NCBI RefSeq assembly: GCF_002803295.2
Contig: NZ_PGGB02000002.1
Span: 103,476 to 135,475, forward strand
Reading direction: 5' to 3'
Source of the DNA: Caedibacter taeniospiralis
Lineage (GTDB): Bacteria; Pseudomonadota; Gammaproteobacteria; Francisellales; Francisellaceae
DNA length: 32,000 nucleotides
Positions within the stretch are counted from its first letter, which is position 1; the number at the start of each line of letters is the position of its first letter. This document shows, piece by piece, positions 29,141 through 32,000 of this stretch. The position numbers were made by a program, and so were the translations under genes. The notes under the pieces are model-generated. The model had not been told where the DNA came from. It saw only the letters and a program-made list of their open reading frames with translations, and did not search any database.

Positions 29141-30049
29141 ATGTCTGATTTAAAACATAAGTTTGGGAAAGTGGCTGTGCTATACGGCGGAAACTCTGCT
29201 GAGCGCGAAGTATCACTGCGTTCGGGAGCAGCAGTAATTGCTGCTTTAGAAAAAGCAGGTGTTGAGGTGATAGCGATTGATGCCTCAGGCAAAGCCCTGG
29301 TGACAAAACTGCTCATGGCAAATGTCGATCGCTGTTTGATTATGCTTCATGGGGGTGACGGTGAAAATGGTCATGTGCAGGCGTTATTGCATGAATTAGA
29401 GATTCCCTATACCGGTGCCAATGCCTTAGCTTGTGCGCTGACGATGGATAAAATAAAAACCAAGAAGCTTTGGCAGATAGAGGGGCTACTCACCCCGAAA
29501 GCAAAAATTATTGATCAAAGACTTGATATTTCAGGACTTAAATTTCCACTGGCAATTAAGCCCACAAGTCAGGGATCCAGTGTTGGGACGCATAAGGTAA
29601 AGAGTCAAGATGAGCTTGAAGCGGCATACCTGGATGCCTGCCAATATGGTGAGGTAATGGCAGAAGAATGGATTACGGGAAAAGAGCTAACAGTATCTAT
29701 TGTTAATGGGATAGCGCTGCCATCGATCTGGATTGAGCCGAAGCTTGAGTTTTATACCTACGAGGCAAAATATACTAAGGAAGCAGGGACTTGTTATCAC
29801 TGCCCCAGTGGAATTAGTGAAGCATTCGAAGAAGAGACTCAAGCAATTGCATTAAAGGCTTTTAACATCGTTGGTTGCCGTGGTTGGGGGAGAGTGGATT
29901 TCATGTTATCGCCACAAAATAAGCTTTACTTGATCGAGGTTAATACGGTGCCTGGGATGACAAATTTAAGTTTAGTCCCAAAGGCTGCACAGCAATATGG
30001 TTGGGATTTTGAAACCCTGGTGCTAAAAATACTCGAAAGTTCTCTATGA
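29141..30049 (+). CDS. ddlB: D-alanine--D-alanine ligase
   Basis: GKVAVLYGGNSAEREVSLRSGAAVIAALEKAG, LHGGDGENGHVQALLHELEIPYTGANALACALTMDK, GCRGWGRVDFMLSPQNKLYLIEVNTVPGMTNLSLVPKAA. Confidence 0.97.
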   Translation: MSDLKHKFGKVAVLYGGNSAEREVSLRSGAAVIAALEKAGVEVIAIDASGKALVTKLLMANVDRCLIMLHGGDGENGHVQALLHELEIPYTGANALACALTMDKIKTKKLWQIEGLLTPKAKIIDQRLDISGLKFPLAIKPTSQGSSVGTHKVKSQDELEAAYLDACQYGEVMAEEWITGKELTVSIVNGIALPSIWIEPKLEFYTYEAKYTKEAGTCYHCPSGISEAFEEETQAIALKAFNIVGCRGWGRVDFMLSPQNKLYLIEVNTVPGMTNLSLVPKAAQQYGWDFETLVLKILESSL

Positions 30050-30780
30050 AGCTCAGGTTATATCTAAAGATCACGTGTCTTGTCCTCATGGTCGTGCTTC
30101 CATTGGCAGGAGTGCGTTACATCTTTAAGGAAAGTAGCGTGCATCTGCAAAAGGTGAACATTCTGACTAAAGGAGAGCTGGATTATATTTCCAAACCCCA
30201 AATTATCAACTTAATTAAGCCATTTCAACAGGAAACCTGGTGGGAGCTCAGAGTGAGTGAGGTTGAGTCGGCACTGAAGACCTATCCTGGAATTAAAGCG
30301 ATAAAGGTCCAAAAAAAATGGCCAGATCAACTGACGCTTGAACTAACAGAATATCAACCCAAAGCTTATTGGAATTCTCAGAGCCAGATTTTATTGGAGA
30401 ATGGTGAGATCATCGCACCCAAATACTTTACTGCCAAGACCGCATTGCCCATATTTTCTGGAGATGAGGAAAATAAAGCGATTATTGCTGACAAGTACCA
30501 GGTCTTAGCAAAGATCGCCAGGCAGAATCGTTTTGAGCTGATGGACATCAAGTATCAGGGGAATCAATGGCAAGTCGGTTTAAATACAGGTGTAAAGGTA
30601 TGGTTAGGCGATGTGGATGTAGAAAATAAGTTGAGTGACTTGCTAAGCAACTACCAAAATATAGAAGTTCCAAAAGGGCAAAAACTAATGAGTGTAGACA
30701 TGCGCTATCATAGTGGTTTTGCCGTTGGTTTTGCGCCTGATGGCGTGGAAAACAGGAATACTGCAAGTGTAAAAAAATAG
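30046..30780 (+). CDS. ftsQ: Cell division protein FtsQ
   Basis: N-terminal TM, POTRA-like part (QQETWWELRVSEVESALKTYPGIKAIKVQKKWPDQLTLELTEYQPKAYWN); overlaps ddlB by 4 nt. Confidence 0.92.
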   Translation: MKLRLYLKITCLVLMVVLPLAGVRYIFKESSVHLQKVNILTKGELDYISKPQIINLIKPFQQETWWELRVSEVESALKTYPGIKAIKVQKKWPDQLTLELTEYQPKAYWNSQSQILLENGEIIAPKYFTAKTALPIFSGDEENKAIIADKYQVLAKIARQNRFELMDIKYQGNQWQVGLNTGVKVWLGDVDVENKLSDLLSNYQNIEVPKGQKLMSVDMRYHSGFAVGFAPDGVENRNTASVKK

Positions 30781-30816
30781 CTTTGATAGAGTTTCTGTCT
30801 ATCACTAAGTGTGAGC

Positions 30817-30848
30817 TGTCGGTGTGACACTGATTACTCACACCGACA
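30817..30848. repeat. 11-bp perfect inverted repeat in ftsQ-ftsA spacer (TGTCGGTGTGA / TCACACCGACA)
   Basis: Left arm 30817-30827, 10-nt loop, right arm 30838-30848. Confidence 0.8.
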
Positions 30849-30886
30849 CGCTTGGGAGAATTATTTTCCCATGCCAATAAACGCAG

Positions 30887-30905
30887 GGGCGTATTAAATA
30901 CGCCC
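30887..30905. repeat. 8-bp perfect inverted repeat in ftsQ-ftsA spacer (GGGCGTAT-TAA-ATACGCCC)
   Basis: Left arm 30887-30894, loop 30895-30897, right arm 30898-30905. Confidence 0.75.
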
Positions 30906-31161
30906 TTTGAGGTGGAAATCCTGGTAAAGCCAAAAAATATCAAGTTTACGGTGTAAGCAAGATTCAGTTTTATTGAATTTATGGTACAGTGGGCGCAGTT
31001 TATTAAAACCTTGGGGCAGGGTGGCGTCGTTGTCGTTTTTAGATCGTTGAACCAAGTAGAAAATGACTGTTTTTCCAGTCCTACTGTGTTTTCTGATTGA
31101 AAAACAAGCGTGTGCAAAACCTATAGTGCAATGCTAAAACAGGAAAATGAGTATTTAGAAT

Positions 31162-32000
31162 ATGTCTGGAATCGTGGAAAAAAAGATACTGTGTGCCATT
31201 GATATCGGAACCTCGAAAGTTGTTGCTCTGGTTGCTGAAGTCAATGAAGATGAGCAGATCAATATTATTGGGATTGGCACACAACCTTCAAAGGGGCTCA
31301 AAAAGGGTGTGATTGTCAACATTGATGCTACTGTGAAAGCGATTCAAAAAGCGGCTCAAGAGGCGGAGGATGTGTGTGGATTTAATATCAAAGAAGCCTA
31401 TATTGGAATCGCAGGAAGCCATATCCGTAGTTTTGACTCGCACGGGGTGGTGGCGATTGAGAGTTCAGAAGTTTCTCAGCAAGATTTGGATCGAGTGATC
31501 GATTCAGCAAAGGCCGTGCCGATGCCCGCGGATCAGGAGATTTTACACATTCTATATCAAGACTTTATGATTGATAATCACAATGGCATAAAAGAGCCGT
31601 TGGGGATGTCAGGGGTCCGTTTGGAAGCTAAGGTGCACATGGTTACGGCTTCATCAAGCGCCACCCAAAACATTAAAAAATGTGTCAACCGTTGTGGTAT
31701 TAAGGTGCAGGATATTGTACTGGAGCAGCTTGCTTCAAGCTATGCCGTACTGACAGATGACGAGAAAGAGCTCGGTGTATGCTTGATCGACATCGGTGGC
31801 GGCACAACTGATGTGGCTGTTTTTGTTGAAGGTGCGATCAAACACACTTCGGTTATTCCGATCGCAGGAAGTCAGATTACGAGTGATATTGCCCATGCGC
31901 TACGTGTGGCAACCGATACGGCTGAGCGGATTAAAATTCAGTATGGCTGCTCAATGAGTAATCTTGTGAAATCAGATGATGCGATTGAAATTCCAGGTCT
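31162..32000 (+). CDS. ftsA: Cell division protein FtsA, 3' end outside window
   Basis: Hand translation: MSGIVEKKILCAIDIGTSKVVALVAEVNEDEQINIIGIGTQPSKGLKKGVIVNIDATVKAIQKAAQEAE..., SHIRSFDSHGVVAI, LIDIGGGTTDVAVFVEGAIKHTSVIPIAGSQITSDIAHALR. Confidence 0.96.
   Translation, partial: MSGIVEKKILCAIDIGTSKVVALVAEVNEDEQINIIGIGTQPSKGLKKGVIVNIDATVKAIQKAAQEAEDVCGFNIKEAYIGIAGSHIRSFDSHGVVAIESSEVSQQDLDRVIDSAKAVPMPADQEILHILYQDFMIDNHNGIKEPLGMSGVRLEAKVHMVTASSSATQNIKKCVNRCGIKVQDIVLEQLASSYAVLTDDEKELGVCLIDIGGGTTDVAVFVEGAIKHTSVIPIAGSQITSDIAHALRVATDTAERIKIQYGCSMSNLVKSDDAIEIPG

Noticed and set aside
30548-31117. 189-aa minus-strand ORF over the 3' end of ftsQ and the ftsQ-ftsA spacer
   Set aside because: It runs antisense to confident ftsQ coding sequence, shows low-complexity/implausible composition and crosses two palindromes; most likely chance reading of a repeat.
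31097-31127. ftsA promoter TTGAAA ... TATAGT
   Set aside because: Boxes are reasonable but the 19-nt spacer is longer than optimal, so it is too weak to call as a feature without start-site mapping.
1-32000. CRISPR array, prophage, restriction-modification or other defence island
   Set aside because: No regularly spaced repeats, Cas, phage structural, methylase/endonuclease or similar proteins are visible in any frame.
1-32000. tRNA or rRNA genes in intergenic gaps
   Set aside because: Intergenic gaps were scanned by eye for T-loop (GTTCRANYC) and cloverleaf patterns and none were convincing; tRNAscan-SE/Infernal would be decisive.

Overview
The 32 kb window looks like a chromosomal backbone segment from a gammaproteobacterium. 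It is densely packed with housekeeping genes and has no CRISPR array, prophage, complete IS element or recognisable defence island. In order it carries: asnS (5'-truncated by the window), a thiamine pyrophosphokinase-like gene (-), xerC, rsmJ, a dicarboxylate/amino acid:cation symporter, a flippase-tusE pair (-), rpsA (-), a small HTH gene, a MAPEG-like gene (-), and a long minus-strand run reading minC-minD-minE-mlaF-mlaE-mlaD-mlaC-mlaB-ibaG/bolA. These are followed by an orphan FecCD-type permease, a small unknown membrane-anchored protein, fmt, a peroxiredoxin-glutaredoxin fusion, a DUF4160/DUF2442-like pair, slt, map, a KfrA-like coiled-coil gene, fdxA, gmhB, plsC, galU, gmk, a putative outer-membrane beta-barrel, gltX, ddlB, ftsQ and ftsA (3'-truncated by the window). 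The most interesting points are: (1) minCDE is joined without a gap to an mla/bolA cluster, with a 1-nt minE/mlaF overlap; (2) a ~381 bp insertion-like, hairpin-rich spacer lies between ftsQ and ftsA; (3) several unrelated palindromic intergenic elements; (4) small uncharacterised genes (HTH protein with a possible 43-aa upstream ORF, KfrA-like protein, 138-aa anchored protein). I see no convincing new multi-gene system; the min-mla arrangement is the best lead.
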